A stretch of DNA of 52,196 bases from a virus (lineage: Duplodnaviria; Caudoviricetes). Position 1 is the first letter of the stretch. Every line of letters starts with the position of its first letter. This document shows positions 43,096 to 51,468 of the stretch, piece after piece. The position numbers and the translations under genes are program-made. The notes beneath the pieces were generated by a model. The model was not told where the DNA came from, did not search any database, and saw nothing but the letters and a program-made list of their open reading frames with translations. The stretch lies in the IMG/VR virus record IMGVR_UViG_3300034375_003040, positions 1 to 52,196 of that record; one strand, 5' to 3'.

Positions 43096-44810
43096 TATGT
43101 TTCCCAAGGCATTGGCTCATTCTCTTCAAGGTCTGCAGCTATAGGTAAGAAACTACCCGATCTGTATTCCCACTTAAAATGAGCTTCAGCTCCGTTTTCA
43201 CCAAGGTTTTGAAACTTAACTTTTAAGACTTTAGCCTTAACAGTTTTAGCCTCATAATCCCTGTGAACCAATAAGCCGTGATAACTAGCATCGTACCATT
43301 CACCACCGCCTTTAATGTTATACATTGTTGGTTCTTCAATCTTGCCATCTTTGTCTTTATACATTTTAGTAGGGTGAGCTACTACAATAACTAACACATC
43401 ATACTTTTTAGCAAAGACTTCAATTTTCTGTAAATACTCAAGCGTATAACGGTTTACGTCGTCTGAGTTAGCATTAACATCTCTAACCTTATTAAACGGA
43501 TCAATAACAAGGCATTTAATACCTTTACGCTTTACAAGCTCAGCGCCTTTACGCAATACAGCCTCAAGCGAGTACTTATCCATATCAATAAAGAAAAAGT
43601 TATCATTAACGTGATCAGCAACTTGATTCCATTTATCGCCATCAATATCTTCAGCCGAAGGCATATCTTGCCAAACTTTACGCATCAACTTGTGAGCGTG
43701 CAAAAACGTAGGTTGATTTTCAGGACTAGCAAATGCAGTCTTCCAACCATAGTTCTTATTATAGCCTACACACATTTGGTCAACAAAATCAGACTTACCA
43801 GAGCTAGGTATACCAGTAACAGTAATAAACTGGGACGTGTATGTAGAAAAGATTTTATCGAAGTTTTCGATACCAATTTGAAAACCTGGTTTAAAACCAT
43901 TTTGCACAAAATCTTTAAGCTCATCTTCTATATCTTTTAATGTTGATACTCCTTCAAGCGGCACTGGCTTAGCGCCTTCTATAACAGACTTTAATCTGCC
44001 TTTACCGTACTTAACTAAATAATCGTTTGCGTCTTTACAATCCTCAAAGTCAACTAAATGGCAGACCTCAGCGCCAAGACGTCGTATAAACTCTTGTTTC
44101 AACGCTTGACCAGGTTCATCAGCATCAACTGCTAATATAACCTTTTCTTTGTCTTCAAAATAATCGATGCAATTATCTAAATAATCGAGGTTGTTTGAAT
44201 TTAACGTAGCGCCATTAGGCACTGATATTACGTTTTTAATTCCCGCTTCGTGCATTGCAAGCACATCCATTTCACCCTCAACTATAATACAAGAATCATA
44301 GCCTACGATACTGTTGATATTGTAAAATATCTTTTCAGCGCCTTTGTAGAGCTTAAAATTCTTACGACCATCTCTATACTTTACGTTTATAAGTTGGTCA
44401 CCCATAAAATAGTTGAACTGTATTGTATTCTCTGACTTGCCAGTTTGAGGCATAAACTCAGGACCTTCAGTTACCCAAAGATCCTGTAGCGTTTGCTTTG
44501 ATATACCTCGCGTTGCGAACCAATCAACAACTTTAGTATCAGGTATTGTCGTAGCTACTTCGTGCGTTGGCCTTGCGTAGACCTTTTCAGAAGCACCTTT
44601 ACGCTGATATGTGTGTAGTTGAAAACTAGTATCACAATTGTGACATGTGCCGAGACCACGTTCCCAGTCATAAGAAGCGCATTTAGCTTTCTTATTTTCA
44701 GGTTTCCTAGTGTGAGAGCACAAAGGACAAACCCCTTGTGACTTCCCAGCTTCTAGGTCGTATTGATTGAACTCATCAATCAAAAATCCATTGATCTCTC
44801 TACTCTCCAT
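43095..44810 (-). CDS. Primase-helicase (T7 gp4/Twinkle-like)
   Basis: Zn ribbon CPLC...CHNC, TOPRIM EGEMD and DAD, Walker A GIPSSGKS, VIDP, VAHP. Confidence 0.92.
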   Translation of the reverse strand: MESREINGFLIDEFNQYDLEAGKSQGVCPLCSHTRKPENKKAKCASYDWERGLGTCHNCDTSFQLHTYQRKGASEKVYARPTHEVATTIPDTKVVDWFATRGISKQTLQDLWVTEGPEFMPQTGKSENTIQFNYFMGDQLINVKYRDGRKNFKLYKGAEKIFYNINSIVGYDSCIIVEGEMDVLAMHEAGIKNVISVPNGATLNSNNLDYLDNCIDYFEDKEKVILAVDADEPGQALKQEFIRRLGAEVCHLVDFEDCKDANDYLVKYGKGRLKSVIEGAKPVPLEGVSTLKDIEDELKDFVQNGFKPGFQIGIENFDKIFSTYTSQFITVTGIPSSGKSDFVDQMCVGYNKNYGWKTAFASPENQPTFLHAHKLMRKVWQDMPSAEDIDGDKWNQVADHVNDNFFFIDMDKYSLEAVLRKGAELVKRKGIKCLVIDPFNKVRDVNANSDDVNRYTLEYLQKIEVFAKKYDVLVIVVAHPTKMYKDKDGKIEEPTMYNIKGGGEWYDASYHGLLVHRDYEAKTVKAKVLKVKFQNLGENGAEAHFKWEYRSGSFLPIAADLEENEPMPWET

Positions 44811-44813
44811 TTA

Positions 44814-45122
44814 TTAAAACGGTAAGTCGTTATCAGAAACTTCAGCTTTAGCTGGCGCAGGAGGCATATTGTCTCTTGGCGCAGCGTCAACGTTTGTGCC
44901 GTTAGTCCAAACAACCTTAACGTTACCTAAGTAAGTCTTAGCTGCTTTAGCATCACGCTCGTCTTTTGTTTGCTCCACAATAACTGGACCTTGGTTACCG
45001 AACTGATCAGGTTCGTCATTTAGGGTAATTGCAATAGGTAAATATTTACCCTTTTTACCCACGATAATTTTGTCTTTAGGAATCTCATTAAGATTAATAG
45101 ACGCTTTAATAATACTTGCCAT
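44814..45122 (-). CDS. Single-stranded DNA-binding protein-like
   Basis: 102 aa with acidic C-terminal tail ending DNDLPF; lies in the recombination/replication cluster. Confidence 0.7.
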   Translation of the reverse strand: MASIIKASINLNEIPKDKIIVGKKGKYLPIAITLNDEPDQFGNQGPVIVEQTKDERDAKAAKTYLGNVKVVWTNGTNVDAAPRDNMPPAPAKAEVSDNDLPF

Positions 45123-45156
45123 AATAAATAAAATTAGTTAATTAATTAATTAAAAG

Positions 45157-45882
45157 TTACAGTGTCTCTGTTTTAAGATACTGTTTTGGATCAAAGTTGT
45201 CATTTTTAAAGAACAAATCATATTGCTCGCTAGCCATTTCAACTTTTTTAGATCCTTGTTCATAAAACTGCGGCGAACAGTCAAACAAACCTATTTGTTG
45301 AGTTGTTTTGTCTATTACAATAAACAACATTTCATAGCCAAACAGCTTACTATATATGTAGGCTTGGCTGTCGTAGTTATATTTCTTAGCGTTCCATCTA
45401 AACTTATCAATATCAGACGTAGTTTTAAGATCTATAACTAGTTTTTCTTCGTGATTGATAACATCTGCTTTGCCTTTCCATTTGTTACCAAATAGTTCGG
45501 TTACACCAGGTTCTTCAAATACACAATCTGCGCCGTGTATTAGGCCACGACAAACGTCGTTCTCTAAAACTGTGTCAATCAGTAGTTGGGCATTATCTAC
45601 TTCTGACTGCAACAAGCACATTTCACCACCAGAAAGCTCTTTATAAGCTTTGGTATTACGATTAGTAGCTTCTACAATTTTAAAGCTCTTCAGCTTGTCT
45701 GGCTCTAATATAGCAGTATGAAAATAACCACCGACTAAAAAAGCTGGTATTTTTTTCTGCGGATCACGTAGTGACAGCGGGTTTTTAAGCAACGTAGATA
45801 TATTAGAGTTACTTAAATATTGCTGACCAAACTCACCGTAGTAGTCTTCGTCGTTTCTTAGTCGATCAATTATTTCTTTCAT
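45157..45882 (-). CDS. PD-(D/E)xK exonuclease (RecE/DUF3799-like)
   Basis: LSNSNI...G.YFH.AILEP...KGKAD...IDLKTT...Y..QA..Y. Confidence 0.8.
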   Translation of the reverse strand: MKEIIDRLRNDEDYYGEFGQQYLSNSNISTLLKNPLSLRDPQKKIPAFLVGGYFHTAILEPDKLKSFKIVEATNRNTKAYKELSGGEMCLLQSEVDNAQLLIDTVLENDVCRGLIHGADCVFEEPGVTELFGNKWKGKADVINHEEKLVIDLKTTSDIDKFRWNAKKYNYDSQAYIYSKLFGYEMLFIVIDKTTQQIGLFDCSPQFYEQGSKKVEMASEQYDLFFKNDNFDPKQYLKTETL

Positions 45883-46433
45883 TACTTAGTTAATTGTTTT
45901 TCCTGCGCTGCAGTTAACTTATACTTGTTTTTAATAGCCGCAATATCACCACCACCAGCAACGTACTCAACAGCTTTTACTAACTGTTCTTTCGTAATAG
46001 CAGGCTTAACTTTGGCTACAACCTTCGCAGCTACACCTTTACCATGTTGATTTGTAGCGTCAGCGTCTTCGGTATCATCAATTAAGAATAAATTACCAAG
46101 AGCATATTTTTTAGCGTACGTAGATGCTGCACCAAACTGTTGAGCAGTCTGCATACCTTTTTGTTGCATATCAACGCCGACAACAGCTGTAGCGTGTATA
46201 GCATCGGCGCCGTCGCTAATTGTAGCAGTAGACTTAATCATTGGAACAGGATCTGTAGCGATTAGTTCTTCTGATATTGTTACTGATATGTTATGTTGTA
46301 ATAAAAAAGGCTTTACACCCTCTAAGATGTCTTCAGCTTTACGGAAGTAATACTTACCAAAGCTATTGTATGAAGACTTTTTTGCTTTTAGCTTTGTCTG
46401 AACATCAGCTAATTTTTTAGTTAACTCTTTCAT
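45882..46433 (-). CDS. ERF-family single-strand annealing protein
   Basis: QQFGAASTYAKKYALGNLFLIDDTEDAD matches the ERF signature G...TYA.RYAL....I...D.D. Confidence 0.85.
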   Translation of the reverse strand: MKELTKKLADVQTKLKAKKSSYNSFGKYYFRKAEDILEGVKPFLLQHNISVTISEELIATDPVPMIKSTATISDGADAIHATAVVGVDMQQKGMQTAQQFGAASTYAKKYALGNLFLIDDTEDADATNQHGKGVAAKVVAKVKPAITKEQLVKAVEYVAGGGDIAAIKNKYKLTAAQEKQLTK

Positions 46434-46455
46434 AATTGGTATATTGGTTTATTTA

Positions 46456-46483
46456 ATAATTACATATTAGCGTTTTACTTTTA
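46456..46483 (-). promoter_or_regulatory. Putative phage-sigma promoter TAAA-N16-GTAATTAT
   Basis: Variant of the recurring motif upstream of the ERF-to-RNR operon. Confidence 0.5.
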
Positions 46484-46492
46484 ACGCGTAAC

Positions 46493-47239
46493 TTACAGTA
46501 AATCAATCACTTGCGAGTGACCAATTGCATTTTTTAGTTTTTGTATTGCTTGTCTTTTTAATTGAGAAACTCTTACATAAGAGCTTGTACCGTTTATATT
46601 TAGATGGCTAGCTATTTCTGATGCTGATTTTTTTTCGCAGTCTAAACCGTAGCTCATTCTTATTACATCGTACTCTCTAGTATCTAAATGCTCTTTAAGC
46701 AATTTCATTAATAATTCATTTAAGTCTTTGTTGTTAGGCTCATCTTCTGTTTCAGGTATTTCATATACCATCTCATCAGTACCTAACGACTCTAAAGATG
46801 TAAACACTGAGTTGAAAAACGACTCAACAGCTTTTTCATCTTTATCAAAAGACTTTCTTATTTCATTTAACCTGTGTTCAGGTATTCGCATTGTACCTCT
46901 GTTATTGTCAATGGCTCTACGTATAGCGCCTTTAACTCTTTTGGCTAAAAAAGATTTTAATCTTTTCTCAGGATCTTCTGCTTCATTAATTGTTTCCCAT
47001 ATAATTTTATCTACAGCTTTTATTAATCCTATAACGCCTTCTTGTATCATGTCAGTAATAGTCATAACGCCTGATGCTTGTTGAGCTGTAGAGAACTTAC
47101 GCGCTAGGTTTTCTGCTAGTGGCATAAACTTAACTATAAGCTCATCTCTAGTATACTCATCCCAATTTTTATCATTAGGTAAAGAAGACTTTAAATCTTC
47201 TTTGTATCGTCTGTAGTTACTATTGTTATAATTTTTCAT
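46493..47239 (-). CDS. Phage-encoded sigma-70 family factor
   Basis: Region 2 DMIQEGVIGLIKAVDK, AIRRAI...MRIPEH; region 4 LDTREYDVIRMSYGL...EIA..L...RVSQLKRQAIQKLK. Confidence 0.9.
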   Translation of the reverse strand: MKNYNNSNYRRYKEDLKSSLPNDKNWDEYTRDELIVKFMPLAENLARKFSTAQQASGVMTITDMIQEGVIGLIKAVDKIIWETINEAEDPEKRLKSFLAKRVKGAIRRAIDNNRGTMRIPEHRLNEIRKSFDKDEKAVESFFNSVFTSLESLGTDEMVYEIPETEDEPNNKDLNELLMKLLKEHLDTREYDVIRMSYGLDCEKKSASEIASHLNINGTSSYVRVSQLKRQAIQKLKNAIGHSQVIDLL

Positions 47240-47243
47240 TGTA

Positions 47244-47251
47244 CAAATATA
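47244..47251 (-). promoter_or_regulatory. Bacteroidota -7 promoter box TATATTTG, 4 nt before the sigma ATG
   Basis: Matches the TAnnTTTG consensus; no clear -33 TTTG seen. Confidence 0.55.
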
Positions 47252-47322
47252 CGAAATTTAATGTTACGATGGCCATATAGTTACTAACGGCTCTTTGTTA
47301 GTATCTTTTTTAGTTTTAGGTT

Positions 47323-47949
47323 TTAACATAATTGTTGGTTTAATAGTTCTTTTTCTTTTTTCAATTCATTTGGCATGTTACGATGTACAGTTCGTGTTGA
47401 CACGTTTAACGCTGCAGAGATTGATTGTATCGTTATCTTTTTATTATCATGATGCAAATGTAACATAACGTCATAGATGTCGTCAGAATTGATCTTTTTA
47501 GATCGACCAACCATTTGACCTACGATTTTAAGCTTTTGCTCTTGTGTTAAACCGCAGTTCCAGTTAAATATTATCTTGCGAGCTTTATTAACTGGCGGAT
47601 GCTCAAGATCACACATGCTAACCTCATATATAATAGATTTAAGTAAATGCTCTGATACTTTAAATGTTACGTAACCGTTTTCTTTTTTTACGATGTCTTG
47701 AGCTATGCTTTCAAAGTCATCTTGATCAAGTTGTGGGTTAAGATACCATATAACTAGCAAATGCCATTTAAGAGATTTGTAAGTATTAATTTTTGCCTTA
47801 CTTCTAAACAACGCGTAATGTTGATGTGTACCATATTCATAGTAGTTGCCCCAGTCATAAACCTCTGTAGGTTGATCTGTTACTGGCGGCCTTATATATA
47901 TTAACTTACGTCTGTTTAGTATATCCATATTCCTGTCAAACTGTGACAT
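47323..47949 (-). CDS. DNA-binding protein with C-terminal HTH (regulator or replication initiator)
   Basis: ITIQSISAALNVSTRTVHRN. Confidence 0.65.
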   Translation of the reverse strand: MSQFDRNMDILNRRKLIYIRPPVTDQPTEVYDWGNYYEYGTHQHYALFRSKAKINTYKSLKWHLLVIWYLNPQLDQDDFESIAQDIVKKENGYVTFKVSEHLLKSIIYEVSMCDLEHPPVNKARKIIFNWNCGLTQEQKLKIVGQMVGRSKKINSDDIYDVMLHLHHDNKKITIQSISAALNVSTRTVHRNMPNELKKEKELLNQQLC

Positions 47950-47988
47950 TAGCCTGTTACTCCTCTATATTCACAGCCTATTGTCACA
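47942..47988. promoter_or_regulatory. 16-bp imperfect inverted repeat (operator/origin-like) overlapping the HTH gene start
   Basis: TGTGACATTAGCCTGT-N15-ACAGCCTATTGTCACA, 14/16 match. Confidence 0.6.
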
Positions 47989-48060
47989 CTGCAAGGTTTT
48001 AACGTTGCAATAATAATTCTTTTACTCTTATCTTTTGCAAATTTAATTTCATTAAATTGC

Positions 48061-48546
48061 TTAATACGTTGTCTTAGGTCTTTCTTCATACAATTTTTCG
48101 GTTTTAGGGTTTGCAATATTCTTTTTTCCGCCTATGTAATAATTCCAATAAGCTTGTATACTACATTCGTCTTTGTATTCATCAGGCATACACTGCGGAG
48201 GTTGCTCAAAGCCTGTATAAACTAATTCGCCAGGCATTATGTTAAGCTTATCTTTACACTTAGTGTAAGACAAATGCTCTTTACCATAACGTCTTTTGTA
48301 TTCAGCAGATAAAGCTACAAAATGATGATACAACCACTCGTAGTTGTTAGCTGATCGCCTAGCCCATACAGTAGACGGGTGGTTTCTGTGAGCAGCTTTG
48401 TAAGGTACGTCAGCTTCATCACCTAATATACAATGATGCGCTGTACATAACATTTGTGCTGATTCTAATACCATTTTAACAATATGCTTATTGTACTGAT
48501 ATTTAGCGGCTTGATGTGGGTTTTGGTGTAAGAAAAATATATTCAT
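48061..48546 (-). CDS. Pyrimidine-dimer DNA glycosylase/endonuclease V-like protein
   Basis: MNIF.L...KH.VKM.LESAQML...H.NHPS..W motif. Confidence 0.7.
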   Translation of the reverse strand: MNIFFLHQNPHQAAKYQYNKHIVKMVLESAQMLCTAHHCILGDEADVPYKAAHRNHPSTVWARRSANNYEWLYHHFVALSAEYKRRYGKEHLSYTKCKDKLNIMPGELVYTGFEQPPQCMPDEYKDECSIQAYWNYYIGGKKNIANPKTEKLYEERPKTTY

Positions 48547-48571
48547 AATTGGTTTTGGTTTGTGTATAGCA

Positions 48572-48847
48572 CTACAAGTTGCTTACAATTTCTTCTAATC
48601 GTTTAATATGTTGGTTTACTAAATGGCATTTTTCATACTCTTCACGATCTTGATAAAGGTTTAACAGTGTCATTAGCCTAGCTAATTCACCAACAGCTTC
48701 ATCATCTTCGCGATCGCATTGCCATACTCTATTGTCTCTCGGATCTTCTATATCGTTAGCTACACCGTATATACGTTTAACTAAACCGTCTGCTAGTCCA
48801 TCTATTAACTTTTTTAATTGTGCGTCTGTCATTTTAATATTATCCAT
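48572..48847 (-). CDS. Hypothetical protein
   Basis: 91 aa; C-terminal EEYEKC resembles a UvrB/C-type helix pair. Confidence 0.5.
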   Translation of the reverse strand: MDNIKMTDAQLKKLIDGLADGLVKRIYGVANDIEDPRDNRVWQCDREDDEAVGELARLMTLLNLYQDREEYEKCHLVNQHIKRLEEIVSNL

Positions 48848-48859
48848 GAGTAATCGTTT

Positions 48860-49270
48860 TTAGTTTGTATACTTATTTATAAGATCACACGGTTTACCGA
48901 CAAACAGACATTCATCAGAGTCATATCTGAATATGCTAATCCATATTTCATCGCCGCGACCAGTCCACACGTAGTATGAATAGTCAAGATCTCCGTGCTG
49001 TTTTTCAGGGTGTTCTAAATATACAATACCTTTACAAACTTCAAGCTTGTCATAGTGTAGCCCCAGTTTTAGCTTGCATAGCAAGTGTGCAGCTAGACAG
49101 TCTGTATCGTTATAATCTGCGTTATCTACGAATTTAGCTATAGCTACGCCTAAAAAGTCTGGGTAGCCATCGTAGTGATGGTATATTTGATGTGTAACAT
49201 CTTTTGGTTTATTGGCAAATGATTGCCCTGGTGTGCGTTCTGCAAACCTAATTGCTGCTCTCGTACTCAT
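48860..49270 (-). CDS. Conserved phage early protein (MSTR...YHHYDGYP family)
   Basis: Motif recalled from early regions of many phages; function unknown. Confidence 0.6.
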   Translation of the reverse strand: MSTRAAIRFAERTPGQSFANKPKDVTHQIYHHYDGYPDFLGVAIAKFVDNADYNDTDCLAAHLLCKLKLGLHYDKLEVCKGIVYLEHPEKQHGDLDYSYYVWTGRGDEIWISIFRYDSDECLFVGKPCDLINKYTN

Positions 49271-49508
49271 GGTATTTATCTATTAATGTGTTAATAATTT
49301 CTCTTCCGTTTGCTGTTTGAAAACCATAACTATGCGTATGTAATGCGTCAATAGGTTTGTTTTCTAACAACAACTGCATAATTCTATAAGAATCAAACTC
49401 TAGTTCGTTAGACACGTCGTTTATAGCTTTAGATAAAGACCTACAGTTGTGTCTTGGGTTAGAGCTTAATTCTGTTTTAATATAACTTTCTATCTGTTCT
49501 GCTGTCAT
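49248..49508 (-). CDS. Hypothetical protein
   Basis: 86-aa ORF in a tightly packed operon. Confidence 0.5.
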   Translation of the reverse strand: MTAEQIESYIKTELSSNPRHNCRSLSKAINDVSNELEFDSYRIMQLLLENKPIDALHTHSYGFQTANGREIINTLIDKYHEYESSN

Positions 49509-49510
49509 AA

Positions 49511-49765
49511 CTAATCTAATAATACGTAATACGCTTCAACATTGTTTTTTCTGAACCACGTAAGACCTTTACGCATATCGTCAAGTGTTTTTGGTGCATA
49601 CATACCCATTTCCATAAGTTGATTTGCACCTATTATAAAGTCATACATACTTAGCTCTTCAGCTGTAAGTTCGTAGCTTTGGCCACTGTAAGGGTTTGTA
49701 ACTTCTCCGCCTTCGCTGTATAGTTCGCCGTTGAACCATTTTGGTAATTTAGTTTCTGTCGTCAT
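49511..49765 (-). CDS. Hypothetical protein
   Basis: 84-aa ORF in a tightly packed operon. Confidence 0.55.
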   Translation of the reverse strand: MTTETKLPKWFNGELYSEGGEVTNPYSGQSYELTAEELSMYDFIIGANQLMEMGMYAPKTLDDMRKGLTWFRKNNVEAYYVLLD

Positions 49766-49856
49766 CTTCTAATTCTTTAAATTTATAATTCTGTTCTATT
49801 ACTGTTTGTATAAGTATATAGGCAATATAGCCTAAGTATAAATATAATGCTAACAT
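49749..49856 (-). CDS. 35-aa membrane peptide (not in the ORF track)
   Basis: MLALYLYLGYIAYILIQTVIEQNYKFKELEDDDRN; starts 1 nt after the upstream stop and fills the gap. Confidence 0.45.
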   Translation of the reverse strand: MLALYLYLGYIAYILIQTVIEQNYKFKELEDDDRN

Positions 49857-49857
49857 A

Positions 49858-50463
49858 TTAGTGAAATATTAGACCAACTTTGTTGGTTTTGTTAAACCAT
49901 TTTGTCGCCATCAAGTCAATATTAGAAGCGTCAGTATAACCAGCAGAAATAAGCTCGCTATGGCTATGAAATATTCTGGTGTGTCGATCTTTCTTTTCAT
50001 CTATCATGTGTTTTTGTTTGCCTGAATCACTGAATATAATGTCGTAATTGTCAGGCAGATTAGTATTTTTAAGCATTTCTACGCAGTTTGTATAGCTGTA
50101 AAAGCGTACGTGTGGGTTGTGTATAGCAACAGCGAGCCATTTGTCAAGATAAGCTCTTGAATAATAGTCGCCGCTGTCATGCACCCTTACATAATCAGGA
50201 CGTTTTTTAGCTATTTCCTGATTCATAATATTAACAAAGTCGTCTGTCTTACTGAGTTGATAGCGCTTTTCAAACGCTGGTTGAACGTTTGACCATATAT
50301 ATGCACCTTTTTTGGCATAACAAAACTTCACGCACGCATCAGCGAACGGGCATGTCAACTTACCCGATGCTGATTTGTACGCTGGAATACCAAAATTAAA
50401 TACTCGTAACCCTAGCGACTTGCTAGTCTTTTTGAGCTTGCTGTTTTGTGTTAGCAAATTCAT
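49858..50463 (-). CDS. Gene product 88 (gp88)-family, radical-SAM-like protein
   Basis: NSKL...TCPFADACVKFCYA...RVHDSGDYY...FYSYT. Confidence 0.7.
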   Translation of the reverse strand: MNLLTQNSKLKKTSKSLGLRVFNFGIPAYKSASGKLTCPFADACVKFCYAKKGAYIWSNVQPAFEKRYQLSKTDDFVNIMNQEIAKKRPDYVRVHDSGDYYSRAYLDKWLAVAIHNPHVRFYSYTNCVEMLKNTNLPDNYDIIFSDSGKQKHMIDEKKDRHTRIFHSHSELISAGYTDASNIDLMATKWFNKTNKVGLIFH

Positions 50464-50696
50464 TTTTCTTTTATTAAAAATTTATCGCCAAATGCCCAGT
50501 CTTCAAATGTAAGAGAACCTAAAGGCGTGTCTGTAAAAGATACAAAGTCTCTAACTTGAGATACTGTTAAGCGTGACCATAGTTCATTATAGTGTAATGA
50601 CTTTTTAATAGACATAATAGTAGCAGGATATTCTTTTGCGTGAGCTTCTAATCTGTCTCTGTATTCTGGTTTTATACTGTTATATAATGTTTTCAT
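50460..50696 (-). CDS. Hypothetical protein
   Basis: 78 aa, ATGA-coupled to the gp88-like gene. Confidence 0.5.
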   Translation of the reverse strand: MKTLYNSIKPEYRDRLEAHAKEYPATIMSIKKSLHYNELWSRLTVSQVRDFVSFTDTPLGSLTFEDWAFGDKFLIKEK

Positions 50697-50697
50697 A

Positions 50698-51069
50698 TTA
50701 GTCTTGGTTTAATTGGTTATCATCTTCTTTAATCTCAGCAAATATTTCACGTGCTTCATCATATACTACGCGTAATAACTCATCAGCGTTTTGAAATGAC
50801 ATACTTTCAATAGCTATTCTGTTGTCATAGTCAATGTGAAAATCAACGTCAAAATTATCAGCATCGTCAAAGTCAAACGATTCAATACCTTGCTCTATAG
50901 CTTGATATAGCTCATCGAGTTGTAATGCTGTAAGCTTTGGTTTATTTAAGTCTTTTAACTCGTCGTTAAGTCTTTCGATTTGAGCAGCGTAGTCATTTAA
51001 CTCTTCGTTTTTTTGCAATACAAGGTTTTGCAGTGTTGAGATTTTAATCTCTAATTCATCTTTAGTCAT
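50698..51069 (-). CDS. Hypothetical protein (coiled coil plus acidic domain)
   Basis: 123 aa downstream of a promoter-like motif. Confidence 0.55.
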   Translation of the reverse strand: MTKDELEIKISTLQNLVLQKNEELNDYAAQIERLNDELKDLNKPKLTALQLDELYQAIEQGIESFDFDDADNFDVDFHIDYDNRIAIESMSFQNADELLRVVYDEAREIFAEIKEDDNQLNQD

Positions 51070-51094
51070 AATGGTTTAATTTAATTTGGTTTAT

Positions 51095-51121
51095 AATATT
51101 ATCTGTTAGTAATCGTATTTA
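51095..51121 (-). promoter_or_regulatory. Putative phage-sigma promoter TAAA-N15-ATAATATT
   Basis: Same spacing as the + strand copies; 25 nt upstream of ATG 51069. Confidence 0.5.
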
Positions 51122-51268
51122 TTTTGTGTCACTGTAAAACGTTGCGTAAACTTTAGTACCTTTAACTTCTTTAATAAGTATTTGCTTATCAATAGGTTTC
51201 TCCGCAGCTTTAGTTTGTGCTATAGTTCTGTACTTAGGGTTTTTACTGTTTAATTTTCTTTTTTTCAT
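51119..51268 (-). CDS. 49-aa basic hypothetical protein (not in the ORF track)
   Basis: MKKRKLNSKNPKYRTIAQTKAAEKPIDKQILIKEVKGTKVYATFYSDTK; ATGA-coupled. Confidence 0.55.
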   Translation of the reverse strand: MKKRKLNSKNPKYRTIAQTKAAEKPIDKQILIKEVKGTKVYATFYSDTK

Positions 51269-51468
51269 AATGTGTTTATTTTATCAAAGTCTTCTTTTTC
51301 ATAATACAAAGCGTATAATTGTGCTCTATAATCATTTACTTTAGCTTGCCAATAATTCACGTCGTTTATAAAGCCATACTCTTTATAATGGTCGTACTGC
51401 TTTTCAGCGTGTGACAATAGCTGCTTAAGTGTTCTTTCGTTCTTGTATCTTACTGTTAATTTAGTCAT
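51265..51468 (-). CDS. Hypothetical protein
   Basis: Start reassigned to ATG 51468 (ATGA coupling). Confidence 0.5.
   Translation of the reverse strand: MTKLTVRYKNERTLKQLLSHAEKQYDHYKEYGFINDVNYWQAKVNDYRAQLYALYYEKEDFDKINTL

Noticed and set aside
45138-45153. (TTAA)4 palindrome upstream of the SSB gene
   Set aside because: Low-complexity AT run in an A/T-rich translation initiation region; no independent support
39796-47084. Plus-strand and alternate-frame ORFs inside the replication arm (e.g. 39796, 39861, 41538, 43611, 46728)
   Set aside because: Fully overlap well-supported minus-strand genes; shadow ORFs
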